Source of the DNA: Tubiluchus corallicola
Taxonomy: Eukaryota > Animalia > Priapulida
Direction: 5' to 3'
DNA: 64,000 bases
Assembly: GCA_030141605.1 (NCBI GenBank)
Contig: JAQGDQ010000038.1
Span: 372,001 to 436,000, forward strand
A program made the translations under genes and the position numbers. Position 1 is the stretch's first letter. Each line of letters begins with the position of its first letter. Shown one piece after another: positions 1 through 12,870 of the stretch. Under the pieces are notes generated by a model. It had not been told where the DNA came from. It made no database searches and saw nothing but the letters and a program-made list of their open reading frames with translations.

Positions 1-898
1 AATATAGTTCATGCTGTATGTATTAGAGAGATGCTATTCTGCAAGAATCGCTAATGTTTGTTGTTATTGCAGCATTGGGTGTTTTTGTTCATTATAAACC
101 CAGAAAAATTTGTTGGGTCATAAAAGCAAACCCAAGTCATACAGTAATGCAATTAATGTAAAGTAAACATAAACATGTATAGTTTAAAAACCAGTAATTT
201 TAACAGTTTCATTTTCAGTATTAACTTGTTTTAGTAGTAATTTAAAGGAAACTATACTCTACCTTAAACTATAGTTCAAAACAATCTACCCTGCAAAATG
301 TTGAAAGGGAACATACTATTTTTTCAAGAATAACCAACGCGAAAGAATTATTACCAAAGAAAAATTAATTTCGCATTCGTGTAGTCAGTTCTTCTCTGTT
401 ACAAGCATTTCACCATTCACTAGTTTCTTAGTTACTTAGTTAGATGGACACTAGCACATGCATCTCTGAAACACATTGCACAAAAAGGGTGCTGTACCTC
501 TCAGTTCAATGGTGACAAAGCGCACACGTTTAACAGCTAATGCATGAGCACAGTGGTAAACTTGAAATTTGAATTTTAAATTTAAAATATGTCGAGTTTT
601 TTATATCACACTAAATGTTGTACAGTAGCCACTGTACATCAGTTTTAGCTTTCTCAAACACGTACAACATGCTCATGGAATGTCTGTGATGTTGAACATT
701 ATGTTCAGTTGTGATGTCATCACTAGTTCGGCTCGCCCACCATTAAGTTTTTAACCAATTATTTAATTATCAGGCATTGCTATAGTTAGTAAAATGTATA
801 CTTTTTACAACACTTCAAAATGTGGCACAACATGAAAAATCATTCTGTTCTCCTTTAAGATCTGAGCTTAAAATTAGTATTCATAACTAGTACCTTAC

Positions 899-1795
899 CA
901 TAACGAGAGCGTGAAAGTCCGTACTTGTCAAGAGATTACGTAGAAACTTGTGATCCCCTTCTTCTGGTTTGATTTTAACTCGAATTTTATCAAATGATTC
1001 CAAGAGACATGATATGTCTATAAAATTGTAATCAGATTAAAAACGTCAAATTAGAAAACTGAAGATTAGGAAGTAGTAATTAACAATATAAAACCATTAA
1101 AATTTAATTTTATAGCACAAAATGATATGACCTTCTTTTTGAACTTAATATCAACTATGCATTAGCTTACTGAGTTCATACTATTAAACAACAAAAAACT
1201 TGAAAATGTACTATTATACTCACTGCTACTTAAATTAACGTTAATGACGGGTTGTCCATTAGGAAATTGAAACAAGGTTGTTAATACATTTACAACTTTT
1301 GAAACAGACGAAAAACAAGAAGTACACAAATCGCAAGTTTGGTTAAACTGTGAATAAATGATATCATCTTTTTAAATAAGCTCAATTTTTTCAATTACCG
1401 AGATTGCGAAACAGTGATGTTATGGTAGCTTTTTTACTGTGGGGGAGAAACAACTAAACTACAAGAAATTGTGTGCCATTTTGTAGTTTCATTAAAAGCT
1501 GAGCCATATTATTGAAATTTGACTTAGAAGCCTGCATTCCAAATTTGATGAAACATACATATACTTTTTTGCTGATCTCAATACCCATACACAACTCTTT
1601 ACAAATCTCTTCAATTTGAAGCCATGTTTGCAAAGAGTAAAATTGGAGAAGAAAAACAGAAAGGCAATTTCCTCAGATATATTATTGTAGATTACAAGTA
1701 GTGAAACAAACTGAAATGTTTATCCATTAGCAAGACTTACTATGATCTCCTATAGGTGGTGTCGCTTTGTCTACAGACAACATCGCAGGCAGCAT
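899..1795 (-). CDS. 5' part of a p55-subfamily MAGUK (MPP7/Stardust-like, first L27 domain); gene continues off the left edge
   Basis: Minus-strand exons 1795-1741 (MLPAMLSVDKATPPIGDH, GTAAGT donor, phase 1) and 1017-899 (NISCLLESFDKIRVKIKPEEGDHKFLRNLLTSTDFHALVM, TAG acceptor, GTAAGG donor) join in frame. The helical pattern LL..L.......D..FL..LL....F.AL resembles the L27 domain of MPP-family scaffolds. A longer N-terminus via exon 2166-2141 and an acceptor at 1853 is also in frame. Confidence 0.65.
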
Positions 1796-4700
1796 TGACG
1801 CTATACAACAAAGGCAAACCTCACCTGTTTCATCTTTCTTCTCTACTGAACATCTACAAAATAATTTTAGGTAAAATAAGTACACATAAATATAGATTAA
1901 TACCTCTGTACCTCTATTTGGAGTGTATTCTCTGTCCTAGCAAGCTAATATTGCAGCAAATTATAATGCACCTCCACAGTGCTGCACTAGATAGTGAAAT
2001 CACACAGCGATGTACACTTAATTTGAAAACGTGCTGTGCTTGAAATGGTTTCATCAGTGCTTTAACCCAAAAAATGTGCCATGTAACGCAGATGGAGCCA
2101 AACAGTTCACAGCTAATAATATCAACAGGCTCTCACTTACGAAGAGTGTTTATTTAGCATATTCATAACTCTCGGGTAACCCAGGAACAACAACAAACGA
2201 TGGCTGCTTCCAAATTTATGTGCATAAACAGACCCCATAATCAATGGCCTGTATTATGGCATGGTCATGGGCAGGTCTCTAGATATATTGTTCTACATGT
2301 TCATTAACAAAAAAAATCATGAAAAACACTTATAAAGTTTGCTACAAAGATTATTTTATAGTCTGAATGCTGTTACACACTCAGTTAAATACTGACAAGT
2401 GACATTTGAATAAAACAATATTACAAAATGCAACCCTAAACAGATATTCATAGAACACGGCCCTCTCACTCATCTGTTGCACACATGTGACGGGGAATTA
2501 ACCAATCAGTTAGCATTCTTTACATTCCTATGTGCCACTACAACACAGAATACTGGAAAACTTTTAATTAGTTTGGCTTCAAGTCAAATATTTGACCCAA
2601 GTTACTGGTGCCATTTCACTTACTTTCACATTTGCGATGAACTGCAGGGCATTCAGATATTTTTTATTTATTTAAACTTATTTTATTTAAAATTTAAATT
2701 TACATACTGTATGGATGATGATAATAGTGATAAAAATGCAAACATTTTATCAATGTGCCACGTATCAGTCGCAAAATGAAAAATAATCAGTTTACTTGAA
2801 TGAACTCCCACAATTTATGTTATTATTATAACAATGTAGACACTTCCACAAGAAGTTAAACATTTCTGAAGAGATGCAGCAGTCTCCTGTCTTTCAAATT
2901 GTATGTAAAAGTACCTGCCATTGTTAATGCCAGAAATAGAACAAAATCATTTCTAATTTTCATGCTCCTTACTACTGTTCAATTTTCTCATCTTACTTTG
3001 TGTCTTTAATTACCATAGTTTACATGTATTCTAAAATCAAACAATACTTTCCCTCAATTTAAACTATATACTAATTATGAAATTTGTTTTGGTGTTTTTA
3101 ATACATCAGTATTGCACCAAACATGGTCAGTAGCTACACAGTGTAAAGGGGCTACTGTAGGGTGAAGATTATATGTACATATTGAGAGAAGTAAAATTTA
3201 CATAGTGATTTGCTAGTGATTGAAGGTACATGTTGATGTTAGTCTTAAATCAAGCAGGTTATAAGTTTTCAGAGAAACGATTTACAGGTAGAGAATTGCA
3301 CGGACATGCTTAAGGGAAAAAGTGCATTGCGAGTTGGTATTATAAAGGCAATTTGTTCACTCGTGTCAGAAAGATAGACTTAGAAGATTATTTTAAACCA
3401 TTCATTTTATATGTGCATTGCAAGAGGCCTAAAACAGCAGTCACAATTTTTCACTCTTCAAAAAGCAAGCCACATAAAGCTTACCATAATTTATCGTGTA
3501 CTACATTATTTTCTGTTATTGTTCACCTCTGCTTGGAAAATTTATTGTAATTTTTTCAAGGCATCAGGCAAGTATTAATTCTACTACTTTACTTACTACA
3601 ACATTTTAACGGATACTTTCCAGCTTGCATGAAAGTAATAATACCACAATAGCATGTTCATCTGAATTGGACGAACAAAATATCAATGATTAAATGATAA
3701 ATCAAGGATTAACTCTCGTTCAACGATATAAGCTTTTTAGTTAAGGCTAATTTGTTGGAAGGTTTCCAGCTTGAAAAGTGAACCCCAGATTTTTTGGTCC
3801 CCAGACCAATACTTTAGACCAATAGGGAAACCTGGAACAAAAGGTATAACTGCTCTGGATTACGGAAACAGAAAGCATGTGAACTATTACTGATTTTGCA
3901 TTCTAAAGAGAAATAACTGGTAATATCACCCAAGCTACACCAGAAAGGAATTACAATTTGCGAAAAATTATATTGATCCCAAATCTGATCTATTCTATGA
4001 AACACATCATTTTTTATAAACATTTATTTGAAATAACTGCCTTTGGCAAAAAGCAAACAAATGCTGATCAAGTTGACTCAGGCTGCAATATTTAAAGGAG
4101 TGCAGTTTAACAGCAAAAACATGTTTATCACAAAATATACATAACTATTCCAATTGTTAATTAAAATGATTAAAATGCATAGATGAATCAATATATTGCT
4201 CAAATACGATGGTGTTTTATTCATAATGTGGGTCGAAGTTATTTATATTAAAAAGTAATGTGTTTGTCTGGTATAGGTTTGTTAGTCGTTCTTTGAGTTC
4301 CTCTTTACTAACAACATGTGACGGACAAACGAGCAAAAATGTTTAATATTTTCAATTTGAAAACCACAGATGCAACATTACCCGTTTCATTTTTTGTTAT
4401 CTGACAATAATGACAACATTTATCTGTCTCATATGTTGACACAATATGCAAGAATGTATAATATGCGATTACATACTGCTGTTAGTTAAGTATTTATTCA
4501 CTCAATAATAAATATCAATATGTTTAACTTGGTAAGAGAGACAGGGTGGAGAAAGAGCAAACAGTCACCAAGTATCTATCCATCACTCATGCATACGGTA
4601 TAAGTTTATCGTATTAGCAGCGATGTGGAAAAAAAGTGCTTCACAACTAAATTAATGGCATCCATAGCCTGGAGAATGGACGAATCGTTTAGGGAAAATT

Positions 4701-5639
4701 ATCGTTTATGCCACATAAAATAGACGTTTTCAACAAATTTAGAATCGCAGAACACTAAACTCAGCTTTGCAGCTAGCAAGACTTAGCTTCAGTCAGGGCC
4801 ATAATCAGTCAAATTAATAAGGGATGGTAACCATTTCTTAATTACTTATGGATTGTAAACTCATCTGGGTGGGCAGCAGTCAATTTTAAGTGTACTACTA
4901 CTGGAATTGACTGTCACTGTAAAATTTAACCAAACATTGGGGTCCTGGGTTTCTAAATTTGGCGTAATGCTTTAAACTATACGCAAGTGTACTAAAATTA
5001 AATTTTATTTTCACAGCTTATTAGAAAAAATCATTTACTTAGTCATTCACGCAATAATATTAATATACACTACACACTTAACTGTTCGTATCTTTGTGCA
5101 CTGAAAGCAGGCTACAATATGGAACATCATAGATTATTTTCCAGTTATTGTGACTACAGTTCCGGCGCGACTCCACGATCTCATCAACACAGTGTAACGT
5201 TACAACAATTCTTACTACGATTAGCTATAATGCTACTCACCAAGCAAATATATGTAATTAAAGAACACAACTTGTTCCTCAACCCCACTACGGCCAAATT
5301 AAACATATTACTATAAAATATAAAAAATAATAATTAATTTCAGAATATAGAGAGGGAGGTCATTTTTTAAAAATGGCATGGCCATAAAATAGACAAAGAC
5401 TCTGAAAAACAATAGACAATTACTTAAGAGTAGACTGCTGTGCCGGACTTCTCTAAATCTAACTATAATTGTTTTATTGGAATATGAAAACAATTTATAT
5501 CAACTTATGTGAATTATTGAATTTCGTACTACTTAAGCTTCTGTTTGGGTGCTGAAACAAAACACTAATTCCAACTTAGTGCCATTGCTTCAAACTTCTT
5601 GGCACTACTAAAACAGAAAACATGTCAAATACTTAGGAA

Positions 5640-6650
5640 TGTATTTTACAAACAATGGTTCATATACAATTCAAAGCACCGTGACGCAATAAAAAACAAA
5701 ACATTGGGGCATTACTTAAATTAAATCAGCAATATTTCATTACAGTATTGATTTAAATATCCTTCTTTACCGACTTAAATCCCTAGTCTAACCAGTAGCA
5801 CTTTATGGCTGCAAAATCTTTTGTCAGTCTGTTATCACCGAACTACATAAGACATGACTGACAACACAGAAAAACATTTAAAGACGTACAATCAATTTGA
5901 TTCGAGCACATTCAGAATAAATTCTCAAAGTAGGCTTTAAGCATCCAGGGAAGTGCTTCCGATATGGCGTGTAAAGCTGAATTAGGCATATAGCAACTGC
6001 TAATTAAAGCATTTACAATTCTTTACAAATATCTACTAATGACTGTCACACATAAAACCTAGAAACACGCTATTTAAATGTGTGTGTAGTTGCCAGTCTC
6101 AGAATGAAGTGGAACAGCTTTGCACAATTTCCATAATTTCTAACCTATTGTGCAGATGAAATTGATAAAATATGTCTCAGTCGAAGAACAAAAAATGACA
6201 TGAAATCAGGATACAGAAGATTATTTTTTACAGAGATACATAATTATGTTAAACAAAATGGTGGCAAAACAAATGAAGATTTTATGGACTGTAAAAATCA
6301 TATTCTATGAATTATTAGAAGACTATTTAAAAATTTTTCCAATGAGAAACAGAGACAAAGCATTACGTGTCAGTGACCATGACATGGAAATAGAACGTGG
6401 TAGATACAAAAATAAAAAAGAGGATAAAAGGCTTCCACAATACTGTAACAACAACATTCTTAAATCAATAGAAAACGAATTACATTCCCTTTTTTACCCG
6501 TCCTTTGTTCAAAGACATTAGACAAAACTATGAGCATAAAATATGTAATCTATCTTTTCAAAAAAAGTAATGTATAGTGATGTGGTTTTTTTCTAAATAC
6601 AAATCCAGACCTTATTCTCTGGAAAATATTTAAATTAATGCGGTTAAAAA
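5640..6650 (+). mobile_element. Degenerate non-LTR retrotransposon ORF2 C-terminal remnant
   Basis: ORF 6246-6521 contains LRVSDHDMEIERGRY..K..KRLPQYCN.....IENELH, resembling the HxLxIExGRY...R.C..C...E.E.H C-terminal motif of LINE ORF2 proteins. Surrounding frames are broken. Boundaries are approximate. Confidence 0.65.
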
Positions 6651-7169
6651 AGAGCAGTTATACCTTTGAGGTAATGTGATTATGTAATTAATTTATGTAG
6701 TGGTATGTTTAACTATCGTGACTACGTGATTTATTTGTATTGTGATCATGTTTTACTATTCTGATTTTGTAATTAATTTGTATTGCGACCATGTTTAACC
6801 GTTGTGATTATGTAATTTAATTAGTTCTTATTAAATTTTTATTAGATCTTAGTGGTTGTGATCTAATCAGTTTTTTATTTGATACCTATAAGTGTTATAT
6901 TATAGTACATTTTAATTTCTCTATATTTTGTCTGTGCAATAATTTTAATAACTGATGTTTGTGCGAAGATATCTCACTGTATTTGTACAAATAAGCCTAA
7001 TATTAATTGAATTGAGTTGTGATATATTTAATAATAGTCTTGGTAATAATTCGCATCATTTTTCACTATAATTTATCATCACGTGCATAAATATAAGTAT
7101 AAATATGTAGATTTCGAAACTCACAATTTCTACTTGATTCTAATTCTTTTTCTGGTAGAGTATGCTCAC

Positions 7170-7828
7170 TGGGGGCAAGCATTCTCTGCTAGGGGGATCA
7201 TCAACCATTCGAGTTCGAATTCGTTTCGATCCTAAAATTATAGACTAGAGTAATTTAGTATTTCAAACACATTGTTTCTTCATCAATAAAATATTTGAAA
7301 CGTCCTGCAATTAGCATAATTTAGCTGTGATTTCATTTTACAATTTTTAAATAAATTATGTGGTTTTGCTGCAAAATATTAACTAGAAAAGAAAAAACAT
7401 TTTGCTGGAAAAATTCTTCAATTTAGTTGTTGATTCTAGAATTAGAGGTAGTTGTAGATTCTAAAACTGTTTAAAGAGCGGTCACGTCTTGACATTCGTA
7501 AATATTCATTTTATGTGAGAGTTGTGAATGAATGGAATAATCTGCCTGCCATGATGGTTGCGCACCAACCACAGTAAAGTTTAAATCGTTAGTCGACAAA
7601 TATTTTGCCGAAAAATATGGGATTTCTATGAGTGTACTCGCTTAACCCCTAATCATGACAGCAGAACAGTATAACAGAACAAAATCAAGTAAATAGTCAT
7701 GATCTTTGTAACACCACTTTTCATTGGAAGTGCAAACCCTTGTTTGAAAATTTTTCAATCTCAATTCAATTTCGAGAGTCATACATTCGATTCGGCTCGA
7801 ATTCGGCTTCTGGTAAGAAATGCTCTTT
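7170..7828. mobile_element. Degenerate copy of the hAT-type MITE found at 10403-10724, interrupted by a CR1 fragment
   Basis: Shares blocks with 10403-10724 (AAAATTATAGA, TGCAATTAGCATAATTTAGCTG, CAGAACAAAATCAA, CATGATCTTTGTAA, TTCTGGTA...GCTC). A further right-end remnant lies at about 7110-7170. Confidence 0.7.
7435..7625 (+). mobile_element. CR1-clade LINE 3' fragment nested in the MITE
   Basis: Translates as KLFKERSRLDIRKYSFYVRVVNEWNNLP...VKFKSLVDK, the typical CR1 ORF2 C-terminus (RLDIRK..FS.RVVN.WN.LP). Confidence 0.75.
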
Positions 7829-8031
7829 TTTAATAATCATAATATCAAATAGGGTTTTCTTTTAAGTCTCAAGCTTGCGGGAATAAGTTGTACGCAAACG
7901 CCACAATCAATTTTAACGCTTTTTCAACTTTTCCAGTATGCGCACGTGAGCATTCCGTCAATGGCGTCAATTTAACGATGTGCACTCGATGACAAAAAGG
8001 TTTGAAAAAAGTTTCTAACGTGCGGTAAATC

Positions 8032-8772
8032 ATGGATATAAGACCTAATAACACGATTTACATTAACAATCTGAATGAGAAGATAAAAAAGGACGAACTA
8101 AAGAAGTCTTTGTATGCTATTTTTTCCCAATTTGGTCAGATACTTGACATTATTGCTCTGAAAACTTTGAAAATGCGAGGTCAAGCATTTGTTATATTCA
8201 AAGAAATAAATAGTGCTACTAATGCTCTGCGGTCAATGCAGGGCTTTCCATTTTATGACAAGCCAATGAGGATTAATTATTCAAAAACTGACTCTGACAT
8301 CATTGCTAAACAGAAGGGCACGTATGTCGAACGTATAAAGGCACCAAGACCAAAACGCGATGAACAGGTTTCGAAAAAAGAGAGGAAACGCATGGCTCAA
8401 CGAGCAAAAGAGAACCAAGCTTTGGAAATGAACAAACAGCAGTCGCAGGCGCATGGTGGATTTGCACAGAGAATCCCTTCCCAACCAGTTGGGCAGCCGC
8501 CAGCTGTGCAGGCACCAGCTGTTATGCCTGAGCAACCACCGAACTTGATTCTTTTCCTCACAAACTTACCAGAGGAAACTAATGAAATGATGTTATCAAT
8601 GTTATTCAACCAATTTCCTGGATTTAAAGAAGTGCGGTTAGTTCCTGGCCGGCACGATATTGCATTTGTGGAATTTGAAAATGAGATGCAATCTTCTGCA
8701 GCTAAGGATGCACTTCAGGGATTTAAAATTACACCAACACATGCCATGAAAATTTCATTTGCTAAAAAATAA
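8032..8772 (+). CDS. snf: SNF-type U1A/U2B'' spliceosomal snRNP protein (two RRMs), 246 aa, intronless CDS
   Basis: Single ORF. RRM1 reads [49 protein letters not shown]; RRM2 reads [47 protein letters not shown]...MKISFAKK. The [10 protein letters not shown] loop is SNF/U2B''-like rather than vertebrate U1A (VSRSLKMRGQ). Confidence 0.97.
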   Translation: MDIRPNNTIYINNLNEKIKKDELKKSLYAIFSQFGQILDIIALKTLKMRGQAFVIFKEINSATNALRSMQGFPFYDKPMRINYSKTDSDIIAKQKGTYVERIKAPRPKRDEQVSKKERKRMAQRAKENQALEMNKQQSQAHGGFAQRIPSQPVGQPPAVQAPAVMPEQPPNLILFLTNLPEETNEMMLSMLFNQFPGFKEVRLVPGRHDIAFVEFENEMQSSAAKDALQGFKITPTHAMKISFAKK

Positions 8773-10085
8773 AATTGCAGAATTGCTTGCTAAAATGTAC
8801 ATAATATTCGTAGATAATGTACATATTTTTGTACGTCAGTTAACATACACTGTGACAACTTATTAACTTACTGTGCTATGGCGCAGTTTATCTCACCTTG
8901 ATACCTAGTTTGAATCAGACCTTTTCTTTTACAGTAACTCTTGACATTAGAAAAAGTTTTTGTAAAAATACCACCAAAAATTGTAGTACACAGTATTTTA
9001 ATTGCTATAATTCTTCTACGTATTTCTAAATTGTAAATAAGAATAATTACATAAAATCTCTGTTTTACCATAACCATACTACTTTTCTTATGTGAATCCA
9101 ATTAACAATGATTTATTATGATTTGTGAACAAAGTGTAGTTCCTCAGTGTGACAGGAAACAAAGAATGTGCATTAAAACGCTTGTGCATTATAGAATTCA
9201 TGAATTTTGCATAAAACACTACTTTTTGTCTTTTAATTTTGCAATGTATGTATTGTGGACGATTAAATGTTCAAGATTTCTCATGTTGATATTTGTTTAT
9301 AACATAAGCCGAATATTAATATGAAACAAAAAAAGTTGAATTTGCTAGGACTTACTATTATCTGCATACTTACAGATGAAGATGTATTATACCTGTTAAT
9401 GACACTAAGCTTTTAATTCCCAAAATCCTTGATATTTTATTAATTTTTGATGTCGAAGTTGGGCAGTGTTAAAAAAGTTAATATTTAGAGGAATGAGCTA
9501 TGATATTGAAACTTATACCAGAACATCATGTTCTGTTAATATTCTGCATGTTCAACATGTACATACTGAGCATTCCTGCCTTATTATAGTAATTTGAATT
9601 GTATTTCTGAATGTCGTAAATTGAAATAGTCCACGATTGAAAATGTATAGATATTTTGGGTTTTTAAATTCTCTTTCAAATTAAATTTCTGTCTTGGAGT
9701 CATGAATTTATTGCAGTGTACATTATACCTAAAATGCATAATGCTGAAGTATATGTGTTTTTCCATTCGAAAGAATATTGCATTGCAAGTTTTGCCTTTA
9801 ACTTCAAAATTTCCAGATGGATTGTAACTGTAACTCACTTACATGTAGTCCTATGGCAGTAGTCATTTTAGTGTAAGGGCCATGATTAATAAACTTTCTT
9901 TGAAGAAAAATTATGTATAACTGTATTATATTTTGTGCAATATTTTGTTGAAATTGCAAGTCAACATATTTGTGAATTACCTGAAAGATTTTTCGTGGAA
10001 AGATACTGAATAAGTTACTACTACCTGAACAAGAAACTTATGTTGGGATCAGTTAATCATTATGGCCTTAATATTAAAATGACGG

Positions 10086-10165
10086 TTGGAATACTGCCTG
10101 GATTTGAACAAAGCTCGTTCTGCTTACAAAGCAGTTGCCTTGGATCATTAGGCCACTATATTCCC
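10086..10165 (-). repeat. tRNA-like element, solo copy of the unit arrayed at 51.8-53.1 kb
   Basis: Minus strand reads GGGAATATAGTGGCCTAATGATCCAAGGCAACTGCTTTGTAAGCAGAACGAGCTTTGTTCAAATCCAGGCAGTATTCCAA: A-box-like TGGCCTAATG, a CTGC-TTTGTAA-GCAG stem-loop and B-box-like GTTCAAATC. The 5' flank (CTATAAGTGATGAATTTT...GCCTCAGTCACT) matches the array spacer. The T arm is mispaired, so this is not called a functional tRNA. Confidence 0.7.
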
Positions 10166-10402
10166 AGTGACTGAGGCTGTTGGAAAATTCATCACTTATA
10201 GCTTTTGCTAAATATTACATTGGATGCCTTTTGCAACCACCTAAAAATTACATTTTGCTGGTCACGGTGACAGTCAATGTCAGCCATTATTAATAATATA
10301 TAATATTACTATGTAATGGTGACGGCCGTAACAACTGCAGTGTTAGTGTCATTTGGAACCAATTATTTATCATTATCAGTTATATATATGCGAGATGCGT
10401 AG

Positions 10403-10724
10403 TAGGGGTGAGCACCGAACTTGAACGAGTTTTTTTTATTTCAAATTCGACTCGAATCAAAATTATAGATTCGAATAATTTTGCACTTCAGACACAAGTT
10501 CTTTGTCATTAAACATGTTTGAAACAGCGTGCAATTAGCATAATTTAGCTGCAGTTTCTGTGCAAAATTTTTAACAAACTAGTAGTTCTTTTACTGCAGA
10601 ACAAAATCAACTAATATGCATGATCTTTGTAAGACTACTTGTTCGAAAATCTTTCAAACTCAAATCGAAACCTGAAATTCGGTTCGATTCGAATTTGCTT
10701 TCTGGTAGAGAAAGCTCACCCTTA
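10403..10724. mobile_element. hAT-type MITE (322 bp)
   Basis: Termini TAGGGGTGAGC...GCTCACCCTTA, flanked by a perfect 8-bp target-site duplication ATGCGTAG (10395-10402 and 10725-10732). TTCGA-rich subterminal motifs. Confidence 0.88.
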
Positions 10725-10869
10725 ATGCGTAGTAATTGCGTGACACTTACTGTCTCTGATACAGTATTTGTGGGCAATGGTCGAAGGTAGAATGCCGGCA
10801 GAGTAACGACAAGATTGAACGTTTTGCGCCATGTTTGCGTGTTATCTTACACCAGTTCTATATTTACAG

Positions 10870-12191
10870 TGTAGGGAGCCGAGTAGACCACTAGCCCAAG
10901 TAGGACGCGGCGTACATGGGCTAGCCCAAGTAGGACACTAGAGACAGGTCGCGAATTGAGTCGTTAAGTGTACTGACACCGTCCGTTGTGCTTGTTTATG
11001 TAATAATAATAATTAAAAACGTTAGTACACGTTGAATAACTTATTATACATCTATTAAAATAAAAGAATTTTTTCTGAGCTGCTAGAACGGACAATAATA
11101 AATTTGGTTTCGATATTAATGTTGTTGAAGTGAAAAAAACACTTTTTTGCGAATTCAACATTTGTTTAAGGTGTATCATTTTTGATTTTGTCTCACTTCA
11201 CAAACAGGTGATCCGTTTCACTACCTCTTGAGCAAGTAATTGTTTTCTTATAAGCAAACGTTCTAGCGATCTATGTGTCCTACATGGGCTAGCAAGCCAT
11301 CTAGGACAGTGTCCTACATGGGCTAGCGAGCCATGTAGGACAGTGCCCTACATGTTACAATACTACTGATAATATTAAAACGATAATTAGTTTTCTTAAA
11401 TGTTAAAAATTACTTCTTGGTGTTGTGAAGGCTTAGCAGCATCTGTCTCATTTTTAAATTTGCAATTATTTCTGTAATAACTGTGTGCAGAATTTCTCTC
11501 TTTAAAGCATTAGATACTAGGTTTAATGTTATGATGATATTAATGGAGTTAATTATAATGATGAAATTATTGTAAGAAATGCATTTGTAAATTGCCAAGG
11601 AATGGCCATTTCTAAAAGAAATTTTGATACTGCCGAGCACCGCGAGGAGGTCGAGAGGTTGGACTTAATTAGCACAGCAAAAATTTTTCTGATGGCTACC
11701 TTGCCTTTGAAGCGATCAGTTTATGCCCACTCATACATACACACAGTGATTGCTTATTTCAGTTCAAAATCAATTTTCGTTTTGTTTCGAAAATATCAGT
11801 TTGTTCATAGGGCAACATCGCTATAACAAACCAATTTTTTTCATCCACACTGAGGATTTGAAATTAATATTAGAAAAATTTAACAGCTGCATTTTTATAA
11901 ACATGTTTATGCAATTCAAGTAGCAAAATATTTGACTGAATTAGCAATGCACTTTCACAGAATGCAATACAAAATGAAAATAAGTATGACTATGGAAACA
12001 ATAATAACAATAACAATAATTAACAAAATGAAGAAACTTTCACAGAATTTTCAAAAATTTGACAAAATTACCGATTCTCGACAAAAATCGCTAGTGTCCT
12101 ACTTTGGCTGCCCATGTAGGACACTACTTTTAGCGCATCGGTTTTACCGGAAGTGGTCTACTTGGGCTAGTGGTCTACTCGGCTCCCTACA
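10870..12191. mobile_element. Non-autonomous TIR DNA transposon (1.3 kb) with perfect 34-bp TIRs
   Basis: TGTAGGGAGCCGAGTAGACCACTAGCCCAAGTAG at the left end and its exact reverse complement ending at 12191. TACAG lies directly on both sides (10865-10869, 12192-12196). Internal repeats of CTAGCCCA(A/T)GTAGGACAC in both orientations. No transposase ORF. Confidence 0.9.
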
Positions 12192-12339
12192 TACAGATTT
12201 TAACTGTTGAGCGAAAGGCGGATTACGTTCAAAAGGTTAATGTTGTAGTAAAAAAAATTAAACGCATTTTCTGATAAACAAAATAAAACTTTATTGAAGG
12301 CATAATAAAGTTTACATGATACACTTGGTTATGTTCTGG

Positions 12340-12870
12340 GTTAACATTGATGACTCATTTTCAAACATTTTTTTAAAAAGTTGATACCAGTCATAACTTT
12401 TATTAACGTTGTTTCAGATGACATCATGCTATTTGAAGAAATTATTTTTATATAGATCTGTAGAAGCAGTTTAAAAAACTTCGGCCATTGATTTCTAGAG
12501 CTCTTTACTTTAGTAGTAGCATGATTATTTAGAGTAAAGTAACCATGATGTATTTTAATTGTTTCTGTCAGATCAGCATCAAGAGTTCTTGTTGACAATG
12601 ATTAAACTCTGATGTTATCATCACTTAATTTTTCACATCAATTTTGTATACCTTCAAAAGCATTTACATTTTTCTTCAATTATGGTGACCAAACTGTCCT
12701 ATTACTATTAGTTTCCAGATTCGGCCTCACAAAAGCTTTATACAAGGGTTCAGTTGTTACAGATGGTTTATCATATTTTATAGATATTAATTTAGCCTAT
12801 TTTTTGACGAATTTGTATCAAATTTTTTCAATGTTTTTCGAAGGTTTTAAATCAGATGATACAATTATAT
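12340..12870 (-). mobile_element. CR1-clade LINE 3' fragment (degenerate)
   Basis: Minus-strand translation gives SSDLKPSKNIEKI...LYKAFVRPNLE...VWSP*LKKNVNAFEGIQ...DADLTETIKIHHG, matching the CR1 post-RT motifs LYKSLVRPHLEY...WSP and RGDLIETFKI, with stops and frameshifts. Confidence 0.72.

Noticed and set aside
8281-8609. Antisense ORFs overlapping SNF (and those at 58760-59842 overlapping PAGR1)
   Set aside because: They are shadow ORFs of real coding sequence with no recognisable motifs.
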